From the NCBI GenBank assembly GCA_051882415.1, contig JBJERU010000003.1, positions 5,273 to 69,272 of the forward strand: a stretch of DNA of 64,000 nucleotides, given 5' to 3'. The position numbers and the translations under genes are program-made. This document shows positions 1 to 8,282 of the stretch, one piece after another. The notes under the pieces were generated by a model that worked only from the letters and a program-made list of their open reading frames with translations, had not been told where the DNA came from and ran no database searches. The stretch's first letter is position 1. The number at the start of each line of letters is the position of its first letter. Source of the DNA: Faecalibacterium sp. Its GTDB lineage: Bacteria; Bacillota; Clostridia; Oscillospirales; Ruminococcaceae.

Positions 1-1
1 G

Positions 2-562
2 ACCCAGCTGCGCATTGCGGAAACCGAGAAGTATGCACACGTTACCTTCTTCTTTAACGGCGGCCGCGAGGCTCCTTTTGAGGGCGAGGATCGCTGCGTG
101 ATCCCCAGCCCGAAGGTGGCTACCTATGATCTGAAGCCCGAAATGAGCGCCTACGAAGTGGCAGACGAGTGCGTGAAGCGCATCGAGAGCGGCAAGTATG
201 ATGTGATCATCCTGAACTTTGCCAACTGTGACATGGTCGGTCATACCGGTGTGTTCGAGGCTGCTGTCAAGGCGGTCGAGGCTGTTGATGTCTGCGCAGG
301 CAAGGTGATCGACGCGGTGCTGGCTGCGGGCGGCGCAGCCATCCTGACCGCTGACCACGGCAACGCGGACAAGATGCTGAACGAGGACGGCACTCCCTTC
401 ACCGCACATACCACCAATGTGGTGCCCTGCGTGGTGATCGGCGCAGGCGATGTCCAGCTGCGTGAGGGCGGCGTTCTGTCGGATCTGGTGCCCACGATGC
501 TCCAGATCATGGAGGTGCCCCAGCCCGCAGAGATGAGCGGCAAGAGCCTGATCGTCGGCTAA
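2..562 (+). CDS. gpmI: 2,3-bisphosphoglycerate-independent phosphoglycerate mutase, C-terminal part (5' truncated by window)
   Basis: Frame open from base 2: [60 protein letters not shown] are iPGM motifs. Confidence 0.96.
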   Translation, partial: TQLRIAETEKYAHVTFFFNGGREAPFEGEDRCVIPSPKVATYDLKPEMSAYEVADECVKRIESGKYDVIILNFANCDMVGHTGVFEAAVKAVEAVDVCAGKVIDAVLAAGGAAILTADHGNADKMLNEDGTPFTAHTTNVVPCVVIGAGDVQLREGGVLSDLVPTMLQIMEVPQPAEMSGKSLIVG

Positions 563-590
563 GAGAATCTACTGCTTCTGAGCAAGAAAG

Positions 591-632
591 AACCCAGCGT
601 AAAGGCAAAAATGCTTTTTACGCTGGGTTTTT
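591..632 (+). terminator. Intrinsic terminator after gpmI
   Basis: Stem AACCCAGCGTAAAGGCA / TGCTTTTTACGCTGGGTT followed by a T run. Confidence 0.8.
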
Positions 633-696
633 GTTCCTTTTTGAAAAAAGGAACCGAAAAAACGTTCGATCCTCCCGCGTTTGTGCGGGCAGGGGA
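629..696 (-). repeat. Diverged inverted copy of the two-hairpin intergenic element also at 3714 and 37998
   Basis: Reverse complement reads GC-rich hairpin then TTTTTTCGGTTCCTTTTTTCAAAAAGGAACAAA, closely matching the other copies. Confidence 0.7.
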
Positions 697-716
697 AAAT
701 CGGGTTATAAACGATA

Positions 717-1418
717 TCAGTCTTTCAGGATACGCCCGTCTGTAGAGATCACAACGACCTGCCAGGGGATCAGCTTGCCGCTGTTGTGCAGCGCACGGCG
801 AACCGCGTTTTCAATGCCGCCGCAGCAGGGTACCTCCATGCGCACGACCGTGATGCTCCGGATGTCGTTTTGCTGTAGGATAGCGGTCAGCTTTTCGGCG
901 TAGTCGCCCTCGTCCAGTTTGGGGCAGCCGATCAGGGTGATGCGGCTGCGGATGAATTCCTCATGGAAATTTCCGTAGGCGTAGGCCGTGCAGTCCGCTG
1001 CCACCAAAAGGTTTGCCTGGTGGAAATAAGGGGCATTGACCGGCACGAGCTTGATCTGTACCGGCCACTGAGACAGACGGCTGACGGCCTGGGAAACGGG
1101 CGCAGAAAAAGCTTCTGCTTCCCGGTGCAGCGTCCTGGACTGAGAACCGGGACAGCCGCAGGGAAGCTTCTGCGAAGCCTTCTGACGCTTTGCGGTCAGG
1201 ACGGCGGCTTCGTTGTAGGCAGGGGCTTCCCGTTCCTCAAAGGTGATGGCGTGGGTGGGGCAGGCGGGCAGGCAGTCCCCCAGTCCATCGCAGTAGTCCT
1301 CCCGGGCGAGATGGGCTTTGCCGTCCTTCATCTCAATGGCACCCTCGTGGCAGGCCGCGGCACAGGCACCGCAGCCGTTGCATTTTTCCTGGTCGATATG
1401 GATGATTTTGCGGATCAT
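717..1418 (-). CDS. 4Fe-4S dicluster ferredoxin-domain iron-sulfur protein
   Basis: CNGCGACAAACHEG and CDGLGDCLPACP clusters, CGCPG, SQWPVQIKL, GCPKLD, MEVPCC; family commonly found next to Crp/Fnr regulators in anaerobes. Confidence 0.88.
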   Translation of the reverse strand: MIRKIIHIDQEKCNGCGACAAACHEGAIEMKDGKAHLAREDYCDGLGDCLPACPTHAITFEEREAPAYNEAAVLTAKRQKASQKLPCGCPGSQSRTLHREAEAFSAPVSQAVSRLSQWPVQIKLVPVNAPYFHQANLLVAADCTAYAYGNFHEEFIRSRITLIGCPKLDEGDYAEKLTAILQQNDIRSITVVRMEVPCCGGIENAVRRALHNSGKLIPWQVVVISTDGRILKD

Positions 1419-1523
1419 AGAATCTCTCCTTGTGGTTCTGGATAAGATAGGTCTGCCTCTCTGGAACAGAGAGAACAGAGTGACTTTCCGGATTTATTAT
1501 AATAGGCGGGGCAAGGAAATGCG

Positions 1524-1537
1524 GTTGCTTTTGCAAC
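1524..1537. promoter_or_regulatory. Palindromic operator candidate for the Crp/Fnr regulator
   Basis: GTTGC-TTTT-GCAAC (5-4-5, Crp/Fnr geometry) between the divergent Fe-S and Crp genes. Confidence 0.6.
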
Positions 1538-1551
1538 AGAAAGAGGAAAAC

Positions 1552-2211
1552 ATGGAACAATATTTTCCGATCCTTCGCAAGACACAGCTGTTTGCGGGAC
1601 TCAGCGACAGGGAAATGGCAGAGATCCTGCATTGCTTGCAGGCACGACGCGCCGACTTTGAAAAAGGGGCGTATGTGCTCCATCAGGGAGAACAGGTGAG
1701 CAGTATCCTTCTGCTTGTGGAGGGCAGACTTCACATCCAGAGCGATGACTATTGGGGCAACCGCAGCATCGTCAGCACGATTCGGGCGGGGGAGATGTTC
1801 GGCGCGGCTTACGCAGCTCCGGGCGGCGGATCGCTGCTGAACGATGTGGTGGCGGTGGAAAAAAGCACAGTGCTCTTTTTTGAGATCAGACGGCTGTTTT
1901 CGATCTGTCCCGCCGGCTGCCGGTTCCACGGGGCGGTGGTGCAAAACCTGTTCTTTGTTTTGGCGGACAAAAACCGGGAGCTGACCCAAAAGCTGGCTCA
2001 TATGGCGCAGCGCTCCACCCGGGAAAAGCTGGTCTCCTACCTTTCCCATGAAGCAAAGCGCCGGGGCAGCCCGGACTTTTCCATCCCCTTCAACCGTCAG
2101 CAGCTGGCAGATTATCTCTCGGTGGATCGCAGCGCTCTGTCAAGGGAGCTGTGCCGCATGCGGGAAGAGGGCATGCTCTCTTTTGAAAAAAATCATTTTA
2201 TTCTGCGATGA
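1552..2211 (+). CDS. Crp/Fnr family transcriptional regulator
   Basis: cNMP-binding fold (GEMFG) and C-terminal HTH (NRQQLADYLSVDRSALSREL); start moved to ATG 1552 after AAGAGG SD. Confidence 0.92.
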   Translation: MEQYFPILRKTQLFAGLSDREMAEILHCLQARRADFEKGAYVLHQGEQVSSILLLVEGRLHIQSDDYWGNRSIVSTIRAGEMFGAAYAAPGGGSLLNDVVAVEKSTVLFFEIRRLFSICPAGCRFHGAVVQNLFFVLADKNRELTQKLAHMAQRSTREKLVSYLSHEAKRRGSPDFSIPFNRQQLADYLSVDRSALSRELCRMREEGMLSFEKNHFILR

Positions 2212-2352
2212 CCGGATGCAGGCGGCTGAGGTGAACCAGACTGATCTCTTGGATCGGTTTTGCGATGCCATCCGCAGCATCACCGGGCACAATGGGATAA
2301 GGCAAAAAAGAGGATGAATCGGTTGGATCCGGTAAAAAGAGACAAAAAAGTG

Positions 2353-2382
2353 TTGATTTGAAACAAGCAATGATGTTATAAT
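2353..2382 (+). promoter_or_regulatory. sigmaA-type promoter with extended -10
   Basis: TTGATT-18 nt-TATAAT, with TG one base upstream of the -10 box. Confidence 0.65.
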
Positions 2383-2413
2383 GGAACCGCTGAAATCGGA
2401 GAGGAGGGAGCGC

Positions 2414-3466
2414 TTGGAAAATCATCTTCGGCTCCGCCGTGGAAACGTCCCGGATCAGGCGTCTGCGCCCGCCCTGCCGTTGACCGATGCGGCTGTCCGC
2501 CGTCAGCTGGCAGATGCGGCGGGGGCGGAGCGGTTCCAAAATCGAGATCCCAGCTATCACCTTACCGAGAGCTTCTGCCAGACGTTTGACCGCATCGGAC
2601 AGAAAAAGGCTGCTCTGGCGCTTTCGGATACTCCGGCGCTTCTGGAGAGACCTGCCGGGCCGCAGATGTCTTTGCTGGTTCCCGGGCTTTCTGAAAAAGC
2701 CGGGGGGATCGATCCGCGTGGGCAGGATTCCATGCGGGAGCAGTACCGTGCCAGAGAGGAGAATGGTACAGAACTGCGGCGCTTTGCCGAGGTAGCCTTT
2801 CAGCGGGGACGCTTGTCTGCCGCCATTTTGCAGGGAACGGGAAAAATGATGCTGTTTTCCTGCTTAAAAAATACTGTAGGACAGGAGCCGGCGCTTCGCC
2901 AGCGGGAACGGATGCTGTTTCAGAGCAGTTCTTCGCACCGGCTGGTGCCGCAGGGCAGGGGACAGCTTTCGGTCGTCAATAAAGGATATGTCAAAAGCGC
3001 CCTGGGACTTGTAGTGGATACGCTTCAGGACGCCCGTCAGTCCCTGTTGAGTCTGACCGCACTGGCGGAGAGCGGAGGCCCTGGCTCGGAGACCCTGCTC
3101 CGGGAATATCCGTTTCTGTCAGACGCCCCAGAGCGGGTACTGCTGGCGCAGTACCGCGCCCGGCTTGCAGAGCTGAAAGGGCCGAGCACCGCCCCGGAAC
3201 GTCAGGTGCTGCTGCGGGCGGAAGAAAAGGCGCTGCTCCAGATCCAGAAAAAAGCACAGATCAAGGAACAATTCCTTCAAACACTGCGGCAGCTGACCGA
3301 TCAGGCGCTTCAGGCACAGCTTTTGTTTTCCGAGCCGGAGTTCCGGCAGGAGGCGGAGACTGTGCTGGAGGAAACGTTTCCCGATGCCCCGCCTCCGCCC
3401 GATGACGGGGGCGAAGCACCGCCGGATGAGGGAGACCAGCCGCGTGACGGAAAGGGGCTGTCGTAG
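2414..3466 (+). CDS. Hypothetical protein upstream of the eCIS
   Basis: Long ORF; track ATG 2381 lies inside the -10 box, while in-frame TTG 2414 follows a GGAGG SD; helical-looking with acidic Pro-rich tail; no family recognised. Confidence 0.7.
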   Translation: MENHLRLRRGNVPDQASAPALPLTDAAVRRQLADAAGAERFQNRDPSYHLTESFCQTFDRIGQKKAALALSDTPALLERPAGPQMSLLVPGLSEKAGGIDPRGQDSMREQYRAREENGTELRRFAEVAFQRGRLSAAILQGTGKMMLFSCLKNTVGQEPALRQRERMLFQSSSSHRLVPQGRGQLSVVNKGYVKSALGLVVDTLQDARQSLLSLTALAESGGPGSETLLREYPFLSDAPERVLLAQYRARLAELKGPSTAPERQVLLRAEEKALLQIQKKAQIKEQFLQTLRQLTDQALQAQLLFSEPEFRQEAETVLEETFPDAPPPPDDGGEAPPDEGDQPRDGKGLS

Positions 3467-3751
3467 CCGGCTGCGACAAAGGCACACCCGCATATTATAG
3501 CCTGCCCAAGCCTTGCAGATACGATGGTGCCTGCCCTATGCGTAACAAAAATCTGCTCTATGCGTAACAAATATCTGGTTCATGCGTATATATAGACAGA
3601 TTGAAAAGCTTTTTGGGCTATATAGTCGACCGCGGCAAAGGCACACCCGCGTGTTACAGCCCGCCCGGGCCTTGCAAGTACGGCGGAGCCTTGCCTATGC
3701 GAATAAAACACCTGGCCTGTGCGGATGCACAGGCCGATTGAAAAGCTTTTT
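3455..3751. repeat. Diverged tandem duplication (units ~3455-3614 and ~3615-3751)
   Basis: Collinear blocks CAAAGGCACACCCGC, GCCTTGCA, CCTATGCG and GATTGAAAAGCTTTTT each occur twice; first unit has an extra 22-bp internal repeat (CTATGCGTAACAAA twice). Confidence 0.85.
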
Positions 3752-3780
3752 CGGTTCCTTTTTCTCGAAAAAGGAACAAA
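3714..3780 (+). repeat. Two-hairpin intergenic element, copy 1
   Basis: GGCCTGTGC-GGAT-GCACAGGCC hairpin, then 42 bp (3739-3780) identical to 38023-38064, containing GTTCCTTTTTC-TC-GAAAAAGGAAC. Confidence 0.88.
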
Positions 3781-3831
3781 TCTCCGTTTCCCGTCCGGGC
3801 CGCGGGACGTCGGACAAGGGGGGACGGAAGG

Positions 3832-4224
3832 ATGGACGCATCGAAAACGATGCAGTCACGTGCACACCAGCCCGAAGCGCGCCAGCCGCAGAACGCTGTC
3901 CGCCAGACCATGGCTATGCCAGAGCAGGCCGCCGCGATGCTGCGGCTTCGCGCGGCGCTGACCCGGCCGGAACTGCTGTTCACGCTGCCGCCGGAGCATC
4001 TCCGGCTTCTGGCCAGCCAGATCGGGAACAGCGCGATGGAGCAGTTTTTGGGCAGCGGATCGCAGCCCGGGCTTGAAGCGGGGCCTTCGGCCCCGCAGCC
4101 GTGGCCGGAGCTGGAGCCGAACGAGATCACCGCGCCGGAGCCGATGCTCTGCGGCGGGCCGGAAGCTCTGGCTCCCATCAGCACGCTGCCGCCGCCGTCG
4201 CCCTGCCGCATTTTGGAGGACTGA
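3832..4224 (+). CDS. Hypothetical eCIS-associated protein
   Basis: 130 aa ORF after purine-rich SD; LASQIGNSAMEQFL resembles the GNxA motif seen near the N-termini of DUF4157 proteins. Confidence 0.6.
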   Translation: MDASKTMQSRAHQPEARQPQNAVRQTMAMPEQAAAMLRLRAALTRPELLFTLPPEHLRLLASQIGNSAMEQFLGSGSQPGLEAGPSAPQPWPELEPNEITAPEPMLCGGPEALAPISTLPPPSPCRILED

Positions 4225-4242
4225 CCGCCGGAGGCACGCATT

Positions 4243-4704
4243 ATGGAAAAATTTCAGGTCGGCCCGCCGACGGACGCCCGGGCAGAGCTGCGGCACCTTC
4301 TGGTCCACAATGGCTTTGCGTTCCGGGAGCAGGACGGGCGCTTTCAGCTTGTTTTTTCGGACAGCGGCCGTAAGTGGCAGACCGAATGCGTCTGCCGGGA
4401 GCAGACCGTCCTTTTTTACAGCAGCTTTCCTTTTGTGATCCGGGACTGTGCCGCGTTTGACCAGCGATGCCGGGAGATCAACCGGCAGGCCGTATTCGGC
4501 GCATTGCTCCGGGTGGAGGATCGGGCCGTCTACCGCACTGCTGCCGCCTTGCCGGATGCGTTTTCGGCCTATGAACAGCTGGGCCGGATGCTGGAATACA
4601 ACGCGGGCATGATGATCCGCTTCTGGGATGCCGTTGCTGCCTGCGCACAGCCTCAGCCCCTTTTGCACACGGATATGAGAGACAGTACAAGCTGTGTCTT
4701 ATAA
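4243..4704 (+). CDS. Probable YbjN / type III secretion chaperone-like protein
   Basis: 153 aa, GGAGG SD, alpha/beta pattern with CREINRQAVFG segment typical of this fold; family assignment by eye. Confidence 0.5.
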   Translation: MEKFQVGPPTDARAELRHLLVHNGFAFREQDGRFQLVFSDSGRKWQTECVCREQTVLFYSSFPFVIRDCAAFDQRCREINRQAVFGALLRVEDRAVYRTAAALPDAFSAYEQLGRMLEYNAGMMIRFWDAVAACAQPQPLLHTDMRDSTSCVL

Positions 4705-4798
4705 GATATGACCCACAGATTTTCAGGCGCTCTTTCGATTTTGATCCAAACCAGAAAGGAGGATTGTTCCCTGCTGGAACGGGGAGCAAGCAAGACAA

Positions 4799-6568
4799 AT
4801 GGCAGAATATTTACATCCGGGTGTCTACGTGGAGGAATATGATTCGGGTGCTGTTCCCATGCAGGGCGTCAGCACCAGCACGGCGGGCTTCATCGGTCTG
4901 GCGGAAAGAGGCCCTGTGGAAGGCCAGCCCCAGCTTGTGACCAGCTTTGCGGATTACAAGAGAATGTACGGCGGCTATCTGAGCGAGGCCAAGTATGGCG
5001 CAGGGCGCTACCTGCCCTATGCGGTGGAGCAGTTCTTCCTGAACGGCGGCTCTCGCGCGTATATCATGCGCGCCGCGGCCAGCGGCAGCAAGCCTGCCTC
5101 CGCAGCCGCGGGCGTGCTGCACATGATGGCGGCGAACCCCGGCGAGTGGGGCAACCGCATCCGCGTAAGCATCGTCCCCTCCTCCAAAGCCAAATCTCAG
5201 GTTCTGTCCGCAAAAGGAGCCGAGCTGACCCTGAAGAATCCCGATGGCTTCCAGCCGGGCGATGTGGTCGAGCTGTTCGACGGCACCAACACGGCCCACG
5301 CAACGGTGAAATCGGTGTTGGATCATATCGTCACGCTGGACGGCGTGCCCACTGTGAACATCGTGGATCCGAAGGTCGGCACCTCCAAATATATCCGCAC
5401 CTGTGAGCTGACCGTGACGGTCCGCGTGGACGGTATGGAAGAGGTCTTTGCAGACGTCAGCCTGAACTCCTTTGCCAACAACTACATCGGTGTGCGCGCC
5501 GCAAAGTCGGAGCTGATCCGCTTCTCGGTCCGCCCCGCTCCGGTCCCGGCGGTCAAAGAGCCTGTCCAGAAGGACAAGGACGACAAGGAGACGAAGCCTG
5601 CTGCGCCCGCTCCGGCGCGCAGCATCCTGCCTTTCCATGAGGTGGGCGGTGCCGATGGAACACTGACGGTCGCGCTGGATGGCGGTTCGGACGGCAGCAC
5701 CCTGTCGGTATCGGCGGACGTCTATCTGGGCGAGGACAACGGCCCGGGCCGCCGCACCGGACTGCAGGCCTTTATCGAGAACAGCAATGTTTCCATCATG
5801 GCCATCCCCGGCGTGACCGACGCCAATGTGCAGGCCGCGCTGATCGCTTTCTGCGAGAACAAAGCCAGCTGCTTTGCCATCCTGGATCTGCCGCAGGATC
5901 TCAAGCGCACCAATGAGGTGGCCGACTTCCGCAACATGTACGACAGCACCTATGCGGCAGTCTATCACCCCTGGCTGGAGATGTTCGATGCGGGCAGCCG
6001 CCGCACGGCCTATTTCCCGCCCTCTGGTGCCATGGCAGGCATCTACGCCCGGGTCGATACCGAGCGCGGCGTGCATAAAGCTCCGGCCAACGAGATCGTC
6101 CGCGGCTGCACGGGCCTTTCCTGCAGCTACAACGACGCGGAGCAGGATATCCTGAATCCGCAGGGCGTCAACCTGATCCGTGCCTTCACCGGCCGCGGCA
6201 TCCGCGTCTGGGGCGCACGCACCATCAGCTCCAATGGTCTGTGGAAGTACATCAACGTCCGCCGCCTGTTCATCTACATCGAGCAGTCCATCAAGAACAA
6301 TACCAACTGGGTCGTCTTTGAGCCGAACAGCGAGGTGCTGTGGGGCCGCGTGACCCGCACCATCGAGTCCTTCCTGGCCACCTGCTGGCGGGATGGCGCG
6401 CTGGCCGGTACGACCCCGGAGCAGGCCTATTATGTGGAGTGCGGCCCCACCACCATGACCCAGGACGATATCGACAACGGCCGTCTGATCTGCAACATCG
6501 GCATCGCGCCGGTCAAGCCCGCCGAGTTCGTGATCTTCCGCATCACGCAGAAGACCGCTTCTGAATGA
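4799..6568 (+). CDS. Contractile tail sheath protein (Afp2/3/4-like)
   Basis: MAEYLHPGVYVEE N-terminus, PPSGAMAG, GVHKAPANE, LNPQGVN, VWGARTI, YINVRR, VFEPN, APVKPAEFVIFRI. Confidence 0.97.
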   Translation: MAEYLHPGVYVEEYDSGAVPMQGVSTSTAGFIGLAERGPVEGQPQLVTSFADYKRMYGGYLSEAKYGAGRYLPYAVEQFFLNGGSRAYIMRAAASGSKPASAAAGVLHMMAANPGEWGNRIRVSIVPSSKAKSQVLSAKGAELTLKNPDGFQPGDVVELFDGTNTAHATVKSVLDHIVTLDGVPTVNIVDPKVGTSKYIRTCELTVTVRVDGMEEVFADVSLNSFANNYIGVRAAKSELIRFSVRPAPVPAVKEPVQKDKDDKETKPAAPAPARSILPFHEVGGADGTLTVALDGGSDGSTLSVSADVYLGEDNGPGRRTGLQAFIENSNVSIMAIPGVTDANVQAALIAFCENKASCFAILDLPQDLKRTNEVADFRNMYDSTYAAVYHPWLEMFDAGSRRTAYFPPSGAMAGIYARVDTERGVHKAPANEIVRGCTGLSCSYNDAEQDILNPQGVNLIRAFTGRGIRVWGARTISSNGLWKYINVRRLFIYIEQSIKNNTNWVVFEPNSEVLWGRVTRTIESFLATCWRDGALAGTTPEQAYYVECGPTTMTQDDIDNGRLICNIGIAPVKPAEFVIFRITQKTASE

Positions 6569-6597
6569 TCTTGTACTGAGGAAAGGACGAGAAAGCA

Positions 6598-7083
6598 ATG
6601 GCAATCAATTATCCTTATCGCGTATTTCGGTATCAGGTCTCCACAGGAGGCATCGCCCGTGCCGGTTTCTCGGAGGTCTCCGGCATGAATATGTCCGTCG
6701 CCACGGTGGAATACCGCGAGGGCGATGACCTGCGCAACACCCCGCGCAAGCTGCCCGGCCTGACCACCTTTGGCAATGTGACGCTGCGCTGGGGCGTGAC
6801 GGATGACTCTGATTTCCTCACCTGGCTGCACTCGGTGGCCCCGGACAACACCGCAGGCCCCACCGGGATCACCCGCTATGATGTCACCATCACCCTGCTG
6901 GATGATGCGGGCAACGCGTCCGGCCCGGTCTGGACCCTCATTAATGCCTGGCCGGTCTCCTACACCATCCCGGATCTGTCCGGTATGGGCAACGAGATCG
7001 CCATCCAGTCCATCGAGCTGTGCCACGAGGGTATCTGGATGACCACCACCGGCAGCACGGCAGGCCCGGCCTCTACCATTTAA
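6598..7083 (+). CDS. Major tail tube protein (T4 gp19 / Afp1-like)
   Basis: AGFSEVSG, VEYREG, RKLPG, NVTLRWG, NAWPV, IELCHEG; directly follows sheath. Confidence 0.95.
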   Translation: MAINYPYRVFRYQVSTGGIARAGFSEVSGMNMSVATVEYREGDDLRNTPRKLPGLTTFGNVTLRWGVTDDSDFLTWLHSVAPDNTAGPTGITRYDVTITLLDDAGNASGPVWTLINAWPVSYTIPDLSGMGNEIAIQSIELCHEGIWMTTTGSTAGPASTI

Positions 7084-7133
7084 TATACGCTTGTTCTGCT
7101 GCGGTGCGCCGCGGCCCGGAAATGACCTGGCTC

Positions 7134-7178
7134 ACCGGAGCGGAGGCTCCTCGCGGAGGTCTCCGCTCCGGTATTTTA
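7134..7178 (+). terminator. Strong hairpin after sheath-tube genes (terminator or RNA-stabilising stem)
   Basis: ACCGGAGCGGAG ... CTCCGCTCCGGT perfect 12-bp outer stem followed by ATTTTAT. Confidence 0.7.
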
Positions 7179-7200
7179 TAAACGAAGAAAGGTTCTTTTC

Positions 7201-7560
7201 ATGCAGACCGAATTTGATTTTATGCTGCCAAAGGGGTATGTGGACGCCAACGGCGATCTCCACCGCGCCGGTAAGATGCGCCTGGCCACGGCAGCGGATG
7301 AGATCCTTCCGCTGCGCGATCCCCGTGTGCAGCAAAACCCCTCGTATTTGTCCATCATCCTGCTGTCCCGCGTGATCACCAAGCTGGGCACGCTGCCCGC
7401 TGTCAACAACAAGGTCATCGAAGATCTGTTCACGATGGATCTGGCTTATCTTCAGGATATGTACCAGCGGATCAACATGTCCGATATGCCGTCCTACCGT
7501 GTGACCTGCCCCCACTGCGGTCAGAGCCATGAGGTGCCGCTGGATTTTTTATTGGGCTAG
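7201..7560 (+). CDS. eCIS tail assembly chaperone-like protein with C-terminal CxxC
   Basis: MQTEFDFMLPKGYVD, GKMRLATAADEI, DPRV, DLAYLQDMY, CPHCG; conserved gene after the tube in eCIS loci. Confidence 0.85.
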   Translation: MQTEFDFMLPKGYVDANGDLHRAGKMRLATAADEILPLRDPRVQQNPSYLSIILLSRVITKLGTLPAVNNKVIEDLFTMDLAYLQDMYQRINMSDMPSYRVTCPHCGQSHEVPLDFLLG

Positions 7561-7745
7561 GGCTGGTACAGTATCCGCAGGACAGGCTCTATCAGGAGAT
7601 GTCCTTTCTGGCATACTACCTGCACTGGCCGATGGAAGACCTGATGAATATGGAGCATCGGGAGCGTCGGCGCTGGTGCGAAGAGGTGTCGGCCATCAAT
7701 CAGAAGCTGAACGGGACCGAACACAAAAAGATCGAGTTCAAATAA
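7545..7745 (+). CDS. DUF6760-like ORF, not in the ORF track; probably expressed as a -1 frameshift extension of the chaperone
   Basis: Reads LVQYPQDRLYQEMSFLAYYLHWPMEDLMNMEHRERRRWCEEVSAIN; frame open 7533-7745 with no ATG/GTG/TTG before 7599; overlaps slippery T TTT TTA at 7545-7551. Confidence 0.82.
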   Translation, partial: FFIGLGLVQYPQDRLYQEMSFLAYYLHWPMEDLMNMEHRERRRWCEEVSAINQKLNGTEHKKIEFK

Positions 7746-7757
7746 AGGTGGGACAGG

Positions 7758-8258
7758 ATGAGTGAGTATTCGACCCGGCCGGACGGCCTTCGGGATCCGT
7801 TCCGGGCCTTTCGGTTCCGGGTGCGCATGGGCGGCAGCGGCTATATGGACGGCGGAGCCACAACGGTGGCGGCCTTTTCCCGGTGCTCCGGGATCCGGGC
7901 GGTGAGCCATGTACTGCGCATGCGCACCGGATCGGACGCGCGGGGCGTGCAGGGGATCATCCCCACCGTTGTAGAATACAGCAATGTGACGCTTTCCCGC
8001 GGGGTGGTGGCCAGCAGCGAGTTCCTGGACTGGATCTTCGACTGTATGCCCGGCTACGCCACCGGGCCGGCGGCTCCGCAGCGCCGCACCATCGATATCG
8101 CGGTGCTGGACGAGACCGGGAAGGAGGGCGTCCTCTGGACGCTGTATGGTGCGTATCCGGTGGCGTATGAGCTGACGACGCTGGATGCCAGCAGGGACGA
8201 GGTGCTGATGGAAAATCTGGAGTTCGCCTATACGGGCTTGAAGCGGAGCAGCCAGTAA
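7758..8258 (+). CDS. Tail tube paralogue (gp19-like)
   Basis: DPFRAFRFRV, AFSRCSG, YSNVTLSRG, GAYPV, LEFAYTG. Confidence 0.88.
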   Translation: MSEYSTRPDGLRDPFRAFRFRVRMGGSGYMDGGATTVAAFSRCSGIRAVSHVLRMRTGSDARGVQGIIPTVVEYSNVTLSRGVVASSEFLDWIFDCMPGYATGPAAPQRRTIDIAVLDETGKEGVLWTLYGAYPVAYELTTLDASRDEVLMENLEFAYTGLKRSSQ

Positions 8259-8282
8259 CGGGCGGAAAAGAGAGGTGCCAGC

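Noticed and set aside
1552-2211. Crp/Fnr regulator as cAMP receptor for the eCIS cyclase
   Set aside because: The cyclase looks catalytically dead, and this Crp forms a common pair with the divergent Fe-S gene with a candidate operator between them.
2381-2413. ORF-track start ATG 2381
   Set aside because: Overlaps the TATAAT box and has no SD; TTG 2414 has GGAGG at suitable spacing.
3455-3780. CRISPR array
   Set aside because: Only two long degenerate units and a short 22-bp repeat, no unique spacers, no cas genes.
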